IMG/VR virus record: IMGVR_UViG_3300048921_000363
Location: 1-64,000 of that record
Direction: 5' to 3' (one strand)
Length of the DNA: 64,000 nucleotides
DNA from: a virus
Part shown: positions 8,796 to 17,390 of the stretch, in pieces
Numbering within the stretch: the first letter of the stretch is position 1
How the letters are laid out: every line of letters starts with the position of its first letter
Program-made: the position numbers and the translations under genes
Notes under the pieces: generated by a model
Told to the model about the DNA's origin: nothing
What the model saw: the letters and a program-made list of their open reading frames with translations, nothing else
Databases searched by the model: none

Positions 8796-11045
8796 ATGTC
8801 TGCTACATGGAAGAACTTAGAAGAATACGTTCGCGCGATTGCCTCCTTAAAGTGGGGGGCACCTTGCAAAGCAGAGCATATTGACGGGGTTGATTTTGAC
8901 AGTGTTATTCGGATTTCCGATGATGAAGTTATCATCATAGAAGTCACTACTGAAAGAACCCTTCAGAAGGTGCGTGATGACCTCAACAAGATAAAACCTA
9001 CGAAAATCAGGCTCGCGGTTGAGGGTATAATCTGCCGAGCTTACATCATATTAGAAGGTGAGCCTACCCTTAGTATGATTGAAGCCGGCAAAAGCAGCCA
9101 TATAAAGGTGTGTTCGGCCGATGAGTTTAGTAAAGATTTTTTTGATTTCGCTTCCTACGACACTTTGCGAAAAAGATCGCCTTTTGGAAGTGCGGTAGAT
9201 TCCAAAACAGGTGCAAATGATCCTCGCGAATTCATTCATGTTCGTTACTCTGAAATAGATGGCTCAAAAAAATACACGGTAGAAAATATTGCCGCATGTT
9301 TGCAGCGTGGTCAAAACATTGTACTTACCGGAGATTATGGGACTGGTAAAAGCCGGTGTGTACGTGAGGTGTATGAGTTACTTAGAAATCAAACAAGAGA
9401 ATCAGGCGCTTACCCGCTGGCAATAAACCTACGAGATCACTGGAGCAGTTCAAGCGCGTTAGAAGTTATAGCAGGACACCTCGGTATTATCGGCATCGGC
9501 AGTTCTATAGACAATGTTATTCGACTCCTCAACTCTGGAAAACTCATCCTCCTGTTGGACGGGTTTGACGAGATCGGTACTCAAGTTCATGACGCGAGAG
9601 TCGAAGACAGAAAAAGCCTTCGACGAAGAGCAGTACAAGGCGTTCGCGACTTAATTACTCGTGGAAAAACGGGGATACTAATAACCGGTCGATCTCATTT
9701 TTTCGATAGTAGCGAGGAAATGCTAGAAAGCCTTGGTTTATCCGATGGGTCTAATACGGAGTGCATTGAGGCACCGGAAGAGTTCTCAGAAGATGAAGGG
9801 AATAAATACCTACACGCAATCGGCATTAAGTCCCTTGTGCCTGAGTGGTTACCGCGGAAGCCATTAGTTTTCCAGCTCCTCGTTGAACTAGACCCAGCAG
9901 ACGTTAGCGTTATTTTAAATCGCCAGCATGGTGAGTACGAATTCTGGGGCACCTTTATTCACGCAGTATGTAGACGTGAGTCTAGCGGAGTGGGCGGTTC
10001 GATTGCCCCTCAAACCATTCACGCGATTCTTCACAGATTAGCGTCCGTTACCCGCTACTCCGTCACAGCCAATGGCCGTCTTTCCCCCAGTGATATTGAT
10101 ACAGCATACCAAGCGGTAGTAGGATCAGTTCCAGACCAAAGTGGTCGCCAACTTCTTTCAAGAATGTGTACTCTCGGCAGGATAGAACCAGAGTCTCCTG
10201 ACCGACATTTTCTTGATCTTAATGTTCTTGACATCCTTCGTGCGGAAGCGCTTGTAGTAGACGTTATTAACATGAAGGACATACACGATCAAGTTCAATG
10301 GTGCCAATCACTCCGCCACCTTGGGGCATTTCATGCCGCACAAACAATTAAAGTCTTCGACTTGGAGCAACATTGTTTTTCTTATATAAGGAAAAATGGT
10401 AATAGCCGAAACACAAAAAAGCTTGGCGAGATAGTTTCAATTCTAACAATTTTTGGTGGAGATCCATTAGACTTTCAGTCTCTCCAGCTGTCTGGCTCAG
10501 TTTTCCCAGTGTTAAACTTTAGTGCTCGAATAATAAAAAACTTGGTGATCAAGGACTCCGAAATTGAACATTTATTTCTTGGGGCAACACCAATAACAGT
10601 ACAAGATGGCGTGGTGATTGATGGGTGCATCGTTTCACACGCACTTGGGGTTTCAGATTCACAAGGCCTCCCTGCCTGGGTTACAAATACTGAGGCCTTT
10701 AACTATGAGCGAATTTCCAATGCTTCAAGAATCAAAGAGAGCGTTCTACCTCCAGCACAAAAATTGTTTCTTTCTATAATTCATAAGATTTTTTTCCAGC
10801 CTGGTGGTGGAAGAGAAGAAGCATCACTATTAAAGGGTGGTTACGGCCAAAAATTCAGCCCAAAACTAGTGGACTCTATTATCAAAATGCTTTTGCGAGA
10901 GGGCCTTATAGACAGGGCAAAGGGAGATGACGGCTGGGTATATAAACCTATTCGTAGGTATACAGACCGAATGAATAAAATTCGCTCTGAGCTGACTCTT
11001 TCCGAAGACCCGATCTGGAAAGAAGCGTCTACCCTAAAGCAATAA
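8796..11045 (+). CDS. NACHT/STAND NTPase with N-terminal restriction-endonuclease-like domain
   Basis: 749 aa; N-term E...DFD...IEVT nuclease-like pattern, Walker A GDYGTGKS, Walker B LLLLDGFDE, ILITGRSHFF. Confidence 0.8.
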   Translation: MSATWKNLEEYVRAIASLKWGAPCKAEHIDGVDFDSVIRISDDEVIIIEVTTERTLQKVRDDLNKIKPTKIRLAVEGIICRAYIILEGEPTLSMIEAGKSSHIKVCSADEFSKDFFDFASYDTLRKRSPFGSAVDSKTGANDPREFIHVRYSEIDGSKKYTVENIAACLQRGQNIVLTGDYGTGKSRCVREVYELLRNQTRESGAYPLAINLRDHWSSSSALEVIAGHLGIIGIGSSIDNVIRLLNSGKLILLLDGFDEIGTQVHDARVEDRKSLRRRAVQGVRDLITRGKTGILITGRSHFFDSSEEMLESLGLSDGSNTECIEAPEEFSEDEGNKYLHAIGIKSLVPEWLPRKPLVFQLLVELDPADVSVILNRQHGEYEFWGTFIHAVCRRESSGVGGSIAPQTIHAILHRLASVTRYSVTANGRLSPSDIDTAYQAVVGSVPDQSGRQLLSRMCTLGRIEPESPDRHFLDLNVLDILRAEALVVDVINMKDIHDQVQWCQSLRHLGAFHAAQTIKVFDLEQHCFSYIRKNGNSRNTKKLGEIVSILTIFGGDPLDFQSLQLSGSVFPVLNFSARIIKNLVIKDSEIEHLFLGATPITVQDGVVIDGCIVSHALGVSDSQGLPAWVTNTEAFNYERISNASRIKESVLPPAQKLFLSIIHKIFFQPGGGREEASLLKGGYGQKFSPKLVDSIIKMLLREGLIDRAKGDDGWVYKPIRRYTDRMNKIRSELTLSEDPIWKEASTLKQ

Positions 11046-11340
11046 ATAGATAGTTACTGTATTTATTGGTGCGCGAATCGGAAGTAAGAGGAGCACTTCG
11101 TCAACCTTCGTACTATGCAGTCATGCCATGAATTCCAGGTACAACAGTTCGGTAAAATCACACGGTTTGTCCAAGCAGTCCTAAAATTCGGCGCATAGAC
11201 CGTCAATGCCGCTCCTTGGAGCGTCGTTGACGGTCAGTATCATTCTCGGTCGACGGGAGTAGCCGTGACCATATGAGCTTAGTGCTTTCCATGCTGGGGA
11301 GAGGCAGACTGACCGCTTCTGGCCGATAGCGGACGATTTA

Positions 11341-12618
11341 CTACCTACAGTTGATCGTCCATAACTGGTCCAATCGAGTCGTGAAGCTCTGACTCATCAT
11401 TTCGCGCCGCATGGCCCACTCTGGCTTGCTAGGGACGCTCGCCGCTCGCAGCGTCCCCCTTCCCCACCGCTCGTTGATCTGATCCAGTACGGCCATGACC
11501 TTGGTAGATTCAGTCGGTTGAGAAGCCGCAAACAGATCGTCCGTGTATTCACCTGGCCGACACAGGTTCATCAGCAACACCTCCGCCTTGCTGTACTTGA
11601 AACCAGGGCGATATACCCGATCCAGCGCATCGACTGCAGCCTTGGTCAGTAGCCGGACGTCATCCGTGGGGTAAGGCATATCGATCACCACACCATTGGC
11701 GTACTTCGCCTCCTCCGGTTTGAACATTCCGGTGCGAATACTCACGCGCACTTTCTTGCACAGCGAGTTTTGCGCCCTGAGCTTTTCTGAGGCTCGCATC
11801 ATGTACGTGGCCACCGCCTCCTTGATCGGTGCCAGCTCCGTCAGCCGGGTGCCGAACATTCGACTGCAGCAGATCTCTTGCTTCGGAGGATCGGGCTCGT
11901 CGAGTTCCAGACAGGGAGTGCCGGCCAGTTCTCGCGCCGTCTTTTCGATCACCACACTGAAGTTTTTGCGCAAAGTCCAAGGGTCGGCTTTTGCCAAATC
12001 CATCGCACTTTTGATTCCCATGGTATCCAGGTGCGCTTTCATTCGACGCCCTACGCCCCACACCTCTGAAACATCGGTGTTGCGAAGTACCCAGTCACGC
12101 TTAGTGGGGTCACAAATATTGACGACACCGCCCGTCTGCGCCTGCAGGCGCTTGGCGGTATGATTGGCGAGCTTGGCCAAGGTTTTGGTGTGAGCGATTC
12201 CCACCCCCACCGGAATGCCAGCGCACCTCAGCACCTGACTCCGAATCTGTCGACCGAGGCCGTCCAAATCATTGATGCCGGTGAGTTCGACAAAGGCTTC
12301 ATCGATGCTATAGACCTCGACTGCGGGCACCATGGACTCAATCAGCGTCATGACGCGTTCACTCATGTCACCGTAAAGCGCGTAGTTCGAGGAGAACGGG
12401 ACGATGCCGTGCTGCTTAAGCTTGTGTTTGATCTGGAAGTACGGCTCGCCCATTTTCACGTATGGCTTGGCGTCGTAGCTGCGGGCGATGACGCAGCCGT
12501 CATTATTCGATAAGACAACGATGGGGACCTTTGCCAGGTCAGGACGGAACACTCGCTCGCAGCTGGCGTAGAAACTGTTGCAATCGATCAGGCCGAACAC
12601 CGGCACCCGCTTAGACAT
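11341..12618 (-). CDS. umuC: Y-family DNA polymerase V subunit UmuC/RulB
   Basis: LIDCNSFYASCERVFRPDL, SNNDGC, YSIDE motifs. Confidence 0.95.
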   Translation of the reverse strand: MSKRVPVFGLIDCNSFYASCERVFRPDLAKVPIVVLSNNDGCVIARSYDAKPYVKMGEPYFQIKHKLKQHGIVPFSSNYALYGDMSERVMTLIESMVPAVEVYSIDEAFVELTGINDLDGLGRQIRSQVLRCAGIPVGVGIAHTKTLAKLANHTAKRLQAQTGGVVNICDPTKRDWVLRNTDVSEVWGVGRRMKAHLDTMGIKSAMDLAKADPWTLRKNFSVVIEKTARELAGTPCLELDEPDPPKQEICCSRMFGTRLTELAPIKEAVATYMMRASEKLRAQNSLCKKVRVSIRTGMFKPEEAKYANGVVIDMPYPTDDVRLLTKAAVDALDRVYRPGFKYSKAEVLLMNLCRPGEYTDDLFAASQPTESTKVMAVLDQINERWGRGTLRAASVPSKPEWAMRREMMSQSFTTRLDQLWTINCR

Positions 12619-13036
12619 GACTGCGCACGCTACCAATGATCACGCCCCAGATCGCGAGCTCATCGCCTTCCAGCACGTAGCGCGGTGGATACTTGGGATT
12701 TTCGGACAGGAGGATCACCTCCTTTCCACGGATGCACAGCCGCTTGCAAAGCGGATCATTGTTAAGCAGCGCAACAACAATATGCCCGTGAGCCGGCTCC
12801 AGTGAACGATCCACTACCGCCAAATCGCCGTCAAAGATTCCTGCCCCCTGCATGCTCTCTCCGGCAATTTTCACCAAGTAAACATGCGGGGCCCGAATGT
12901 TGAGCACTTCGTCGAGTGAGATGTGGGTTTCGATGTGATCCGCTGCCGGCGAAGGAAAACCTGCCGGCACCCGAAAAAGACAAAGAGGTAATTTCCGACC
13001 GCCCACAACAATAGGGCCTAGGATTGAAAAGCTCAT
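12611..13036 (-). CDS. umuD: UmuD/RulA S24 peptidase
   Basis: VPAGFPSPA cleavage site, GESM serine, CKRL lysine. Confidence 0.93.
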   Translation of the reverse strand: MSFSILGPIVVGGRKLPLCLFRVPAGFPSPAADHIETHISLDEVLNIRAPHVYLVKIAGESMQGAGIFDGDLAVVDRSLEPAHGHIVVALLNNDPLCKRLCIRGKEVILLSENPKYPPRYVLEGDELAIWGVIIGSVRSHV

Positions 13037-13054
13037 GACGCACGACTTCCGATA

Positions 13055-13070
13055 CTGTACGAATATACAG
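13055..13070. promoter_or_regulatory. LexA (SOS) box for umuDC
   Basis: CTGTACGAATATACAG, 18 bp upstream of umuD start. Confidence 0.9.
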
Positions 13071-13160
13071 TTAACGTTCAGAGCGGCTCTCGGTCAATTT
13101 CTATACGAAATTTCGGATAGACGGGTAGGTAGGAAGTAGGGAAATGATTACCGGCAACCG

Positions 13161-13955
13161 TCAGAACAACCCTCCCAACGCTACCGGTTCCCAGTTCATT
13201 ATTACGAGCTCGCCACTGACTTCAGCCTTCCCCTGCCGCTGGTTGGTCGTGGTGTAGCGAATGTCCAGGGTTTCGAAGTGGAAGCCCGCAAACACGCGGC
13301 GGATGTCCGGGTGGTCATTGATGCTGACCATCACTTTGCCTTTGCAGCGGCGCATGAAGTCAGCCATCCGTTCGTAGTTCTCGAACGGAAAGTCCACGCC
13401 GTAGCCGGCGGTCTGCCAGTAAGGCGGATCCATATAGTGGAAGGTGTGGGCACGGTCGTAGCGTTCCGCGCATTCAAACCAGGGGAGGTTTTCGACGTAG
13501 GTGCCGGACAGGCGCTGCCATGCGGCCGAGAGGTTTTCCTCGATGCGTAGCAGGTTGATGGCCGGGGCGGTGGTCGCCGTACCGAACGTCTGCCCCGAGA
13601 CCTTGCCGGCGAAGGCGTGGTGCTGCAGGTAGAAGAATCGGGCGGCGCGCTGGATGTCGGTGAGGGTTTCGGGGCGGGTCATTTTCTGCCACTCGAACAC
13701 CTGCCGCGAGCTGAGCGCCCATTTGAACTGGCGCACAAACTCTTCGAGGTGGTTCTGCACGACACGGTAAAGCGTGACCAGGTCGCCGTTGATGTCATTG
13801 AGAACTTCGACGGGCGATGGTTGCGGCTTCATGAAGTACAGCGCGGCACCGCCGGCAAAGACTTCGACGTAGCATTCGTGCGGCGGAAAAAGCGGAATGA
13901 GGCGGTCGGCCAGGCGGCGTTTGCCGCCCATCCAAGGAATGATGGGTGTAGACAT
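13161..13955 (-). CDS. D12-class (Dam-like) N6-adenine DNA methyltransferase
   Basis: PWMGGKRRL, VEVFAGGA SAM motif, YMDPPY catalytic motif. Confidence 0.9.
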   Translation of the reverse strand: MSTPIIPWMGGKRRLADRLIPLFPPHECYVEVFAGGAALYFMKPQPSPVEVLNDINGDLVTLYRVVQNHLEEFVRQFKWALSSRQVFEWQKMTRPETLTDIQRAARFFYLQHHAFAGKVSGQTFGTATTAPAINLLRIEENLSAAWQRLSGTYVENLPWFECAERYDRAHTFHYMDPPYWQTAGYGVDFPFENYERMADFMRRCKGKVMVSINDHPDIRRVFAGFHFETLDIRYTTTNQRQGKAEVSGELVIMNWEPVALGGLF

Positions 13956-13971
13956 GAAAGCAAGACCTTTA

Positions 13972-13987
13972 CTGTATGGATAAACAG
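13972..13987. promoter_or_regulatory. LexA (SOS) box
   Basis: CTGTATGGATAAACAG, canonical CTGT-N8-ACAG. Confidence 0.85.
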
Positions 13988-14060
13988 GTGCTAGGCTCGC
14001 CGCGCTTTGTGCACGGAGCAAGAGCCTTGGCTGGACTTGCAGGGACCATCTGCAGGGACG

Positions 14061-14106
14061 GCGGCCGTTCTGAATGTTGACGCATCCGGACCGGCCGCTC
14101 TTTTTC
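14061..14106 (+). terminator. Hairpin plus T-run (plus-strand terminator)
   Basis: GCGGCCG...ATG TTGACG CAT...CGGCCGC TCTTTTT. Confidence 0.6.
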
Positions 14107-14641
14107 ACTTCGGTGTTGATACTTCTTTGGCGTATGCCTGACAGGCCGCGAGGGCAATCAGCCCCCGGTCGCCGTCGTTGGTGACACCGATAATTCGTTG
14201 AGCATGCGCTGGGTCAAGTTCGGCTCTTGTGGTGCCATGAGCCACGCTGCCGGTGGTGGTGGCGGTTGGCATCGATCCGTTGCCGGTGGTGGCATCGAGG
14301 AGGACTGACAGGCGCAGATCAGCAGTGGCAAGGCGATCGCGCAGGCGATCCTGATCACGTTGGACATCGCTCAAGGCTCGGTAATGGGTTTGTTCACTGG
14401 TAGCCAGGCGCTGCTCGAGCGCGAGGCGTTTGTTTTGTTCGGCACGCTGCTGCGCGGCCGAGGCCAGGGCCAGTTGATTGAGGGTTTCAGTGTGGAGGCG
14501 GGCCTGTTCGGCGAGTTGTTTGCCGTAGCGCCAATCCTGCACTTGCCAGGTGATAGCAGCGGATCCGCCGACCAGAGTGGTCAGCAGCACCACTTTGCCA
14601 AACAGCCGATACGGCACCGGGATCATTTCGCCTAGGCGCAT
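14105..14641 (-). CDS. Rz-like i-spanin / lysis protein
   Basis: N-terminal TM, WQVQDWR, coiled coil, ends ALAACQAY; follows endolysin. Confidence 0.8.
   Translation of the reverse strand: MRLGEMIPVPYRLFGKVVLLTTLVGGSAAITWQVQDWRYGKQLAEQARLHTETLNQLALASAAQQRAEQNKRLALEQRLATSEQTHYRALSDVQRDQDRLRDRLATADLRLSVLLDATTGNGSMPTATTTGSVAHGTTRAELDPAHAQRIIGVTNDGDRGLIALAACQAYAKEVSTPK
14158..14367 (-). CDS. Rz1-like o-spanin lipoprotein embedded in Rz
   Basis: 69 aa, signal peptide with lipobox ICAC, Pro-rich mature part, alternate frame inside Rz. Confidence 0.75.
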   Translation of the reverse strand: MSNVIRIACAIALPLLICACQSSSMPPPATDRCQPPPPPAAWLMAPQEPNLTQRMLNELSVSPTTATGG

Positions 14642-15186
14642 AACACCGCCCTCGCCCGCTCCCACAACTGCAGGCGCTCCTGCAGACCATTCAGGCCGCC
14701 GTTGATCTTGCGGGTGATCTCCTCGAACGCGCCCTGATCCGCCAGAGCATTCAGCCCACGAACCCACCAGAACCACGCGGCCGACTCGGCGGCCCACTGC
14801 GGCAGCTCCAGCAGCTCCGGCGTGCGCAGCAAACGCTCGTCGCCGAACAGCGCCAAGCTGCAGCGCAGATAGTTGTTGTGGCCGGTGATCTGAATCAGCC
14901 CACGACCACGGTAGCGCTGGCCATCGCCGTCGGCCTCGGGCGTGTTGCCCAGCCGCGCGGCCAGAGTGCCAGTGTCGTACTTGCTCAAGTACTGGTCGCC
15001 GCCAAGCTCACGCACGTAATTCAGTTCGCCGGATTCGTGTCCGACCTGGGCGAGAAACGCCGCCTGCCGTTGCGGTGTGTGGATCTGCCGGCGGACCATC
15101 GCCGCATTGAGCGCAGAAACAAAAACGCCCGCTTGGCGGCGGGCGTTGGGCATGATGCGTTGCAGCTGTTGCTCTGTCAGTGACAT
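14632..15186 (-). CDS. Glycoside hydrolase family 19 endolysin
   Basis: AAFLAQVGHESG, YRGRGLIQITG, INGG motifs. Confidence 0.92.
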   Translation of the reverse strand: MSLTEQQLQRIMPNARRQAGVFVSALNAAMVRRQIHTPQRQAAFLAQVGHESGELNYVRELGGDQYLSKYDTGTLAARLGNTPEADGDGQRYRGRGLIQITGHNNYLRCSLALFGDERLLRTPELLELPQWAAESAAWFWWVRGLNALADQGAFEEITRKINGGLNGLQERLQLWERARAVLCA

Positions 15187-15216
15187 TGGGTTCTCCTCGG
15201 TTGTGGGTCTTCGGCA

Positions 15217-16263
15217 CTACTGTTTGATCTGAACAACCTTCAGATCCTTCGCCGGCTTTTTCTTGCCTTTGGCTTTCGCCTTGCCCTTCTTGCCGCCATT
15301 GCACTCGACCGTCGTGCTCCAGCCGGCCTGAGTGAACACCTGCTCCACCGAGTCGACCAGGTATTCGCCGTCGAGCCCGACCTTGAAGCCTTGGGCGTTG
15401 ATTGATCGTTCGGCAAACAGGTCGATGCGGCCTGCCATCTCCAGCCGAACGCCGGCCGTCGAGCGGTTGAACGCGGTGAGACGCGCCTGAGCTGCCGCTT
15501 CGGCGGCTGACTTGTTCGGGTAGATGTGCCGGTCGGTGTGCACCGGCGGCAGGCCGTCCGGGGATTCATCATTGTCGAGAGTGACCACGGCGAGCTTGCC
15601 GGTCTTCTTGTCCTGATGCTTGGTCGACACGGCTTTGTGGGTGTTGCGGTCACCGAGTCTGAACTGGAAGCGGCTAACGTCTGGGCGGCGGATTGTCACC
15701 ACGCCGAGCGCCTTGCCCGACGCGCTCTCTCCGCCCTGACGCGGCATCACCAGCAGCTTGCCGTCGGCCACCTTGGCTGTGCAGTCGTATTGCTTGGCCA
15801 GGCGCGTGATGAAATTGAAGTCCGACTCGTTGAGTTGATCCGCACGCGGCACCTTAGTCTGAATTGGGCAGACCGCCTGCCAGCCATTGCGAGCGGCGAC
15901 GTCGGCTACGATCCGCGACAACAGCACGTTTTCCCAGCTGCCGCTGCGAGTGGTCTTGCCACTGCCGCGCATGTCGCTGGCCTTGCCAGTGATCACCAAC
16001 GTGTCCGGCGGACCAGATAGTTCGATCTCGTCAACGACGTAACGGCCGATGCGGGTCAGTTTGGTTTCTGCGTAGCCCAGGTAAATCTCGATACTGGCTC
16101 CGCGTGGAGGCAGCACCACCGCGCCGTCACGGTCGTCGATGCGCAGTTCGAACTCGTCGGACTCCATACCGGGTTTATCTGTGGTTTTCAGCTGCAGGAG
16201 GCGGTCATTGATTCGCTGGGTGATGTCGGCGCCGTCGGCGACCACGCGAAAGGCGGGAGTCAT
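15217..16263 (-). CDS. Phage late control / baseplate hub protein GpD
   Basis: DEFELRIDDRDG, QLNESDFNFITRLA motifs. Confidence 0.9.
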   Translation of the reverse strand: MTPAFRVVADGADITQRINDRLLQLKTTDKPGMESDEFELRIDDRDGAVVLPPRGASIEIYLGYAETKLTRIGRYVVDEIELSGPPDTLVITGKASDMRGSGKTTRSGSWENVLLSRIVADVAARNGWQAVCPIQTKVPRADQLNESDFNFITRLAKQYDCTAKVADGKLLVMPRQGGESASGKALGVVTIRRPDVSRFQFRLGDRNTHKAVSTKHQDKKTGKLAVVTLDNDESPDGLPPVHTDRHIYPNKSAAEAAAQARLTAFNRSTAGVRLEMAGRIDLFAERSINAQGFKVGLDGEYLVDSVEQVFTQAGWSTTVECNGGKKGKAKAKGKKKPAKDLKVVQIKQ

Positions 16264-16354
16264 TTATTTTTTCCATAAAAAAACCCGCGCAAGGCGGGCT
16301 TTGAAGGGGATGAAGCTAAAGGAGCAGCGGGCGTTACGCGGTGACTGTAGTTCA

Positions 16355-16561
16355 TCAATCCCACAGCGCTATCCCCTCCTCCGTTGGTTGGAGCAAATCT
16401 GGGAAGAGGATCACGATTCCAGCGCGATAAGGTTGCGGCTCCTCGGCCAATCCTTGATTGGTATCGAGAACGGCCTCGACCGTTCCGCTGAGATGCCCAT
16501 AGGCGTGGTAACACAAGGTATCGAGCAGATCCCCGTCAGACGTTCTGCAAGTCATCGCCAT
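16355..16561 (-). CDS. Tail protein X
   Basis: GDLLDTLCYHAYG...VEAVLDTNQGLA. Confidence 0.85.
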   Translation of the reverse strand: MAMTCRTSDGDLLDTLCYHAYGHLSGTVEAVLDTNQGLAEEPQPYRAGIVILFPDLLQPTEEGIALWD

Positions 16562-17381
16562 AACGCACGAACTCCAGTGTAAACGCCTGCTTGCGCGGGA
16601 TACCGCCCTGCAGCAGCGCGTTCTGTTCTTCATCGACGCTCTTCAAGCACCAGGTGCCGAGCACGTCGCCATAGCCGGTGGTCAGCGTCAGCGGCAGCTG
16701 CTGAGCGCCGAGGCTGCGCAGGGTGTCCAGTTGTTTGATGCCGCCCTTGAACCCCGGAAAGATCGCGCCCTTAAGGGTGATTTTTTCTTCACCGATGCCC
16801 ACCGCCTGTTGCGCCGGTCGCCGGGTCAGGCGTTCCTGCGAAGCCCAGCGGTACTCGGTCGAGCGCCGCAGCTCGTCGAAGGCGGCGGTATCCAGGTTGA
16901 AGTAATACGGCACCGCCTTGGGATCCAGCGGCTGCACGATCAGCAGGTGCGGGAACGGCTTCACCGCTTCCGGTACCGGCGTCGCGTCCCCGGCCATCGA
17001 TCCGGTCGGCAGGATGTTCCCCAGCGACGGGCTGACCTTGCCGGCGATCTTGTTGATCGCGGTCGACGCCCGGGCAGCCTGTTCCTTCAGTTGGCCCATG
17101 CGCTCATCGATCTGGGACACGGCTCGCGTGGCTTTGTTGTAGGTGGCCACCACCTGCCCAACCTTGGCCTGGGCGGCATTCACCCCGCGCATCACGCGCT
17201 GCAGCTTTTCCCCAATTGCCGGACCGACAAATGGAATGCCTTCCAGCTCCGAGGCCGCACCGCTGATCTCGCTAATCGCACCGTTGATCGGCCCCATCAT
17301 GCCATCGAGGCTGCGCCGGCCGGTCTCCCCTGCTGCTGCCAGTTGCTTGAGCCCTGACTGCAGTTGCTCCATGTAGGCCAT
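16536..17381 (-). CDS. GpU-like tail protein
   Basis: C-terminal YRWASQERL..ITLKG..G.W GpU pattern; synteny. Confidence 0.8.
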   Translation of the reverse strand: MAYMEQLQSGLKQLAAAGETGRRSLDGMMGPINGAISEISGAASELEGIPFVGPAIGEKLQRVMRGVNAAQAKVGQVVATYNKATRAVSQIDERMGQLKEQAARASTAINKIAGKVSPSLGNILPTGSMAGDATPVPEAVKPFPHLLIVQPLDPKAVPYYFNLDTAAFDELRRSTEYRWASQERLTRRPAQQAVGIGEEKITLKGAIFPGFKGGIKQLDTLRSLGAQQLPLTLTTGYGDVLGTWCLKSVDEEQNALLQGGIPRKQAFTLEFVRYGDDLQNV

Positions 17382-17390
17382 CAGTCCTCC

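Noticed and set aside
13956-14108. N-terminal extension of the adenine MTase given in the ORF track (315 aa)
   Set aside because: Recognisable MTase motifs begin at MSTPIIPW (13955); the extension spans the LexA box and hairpin leader
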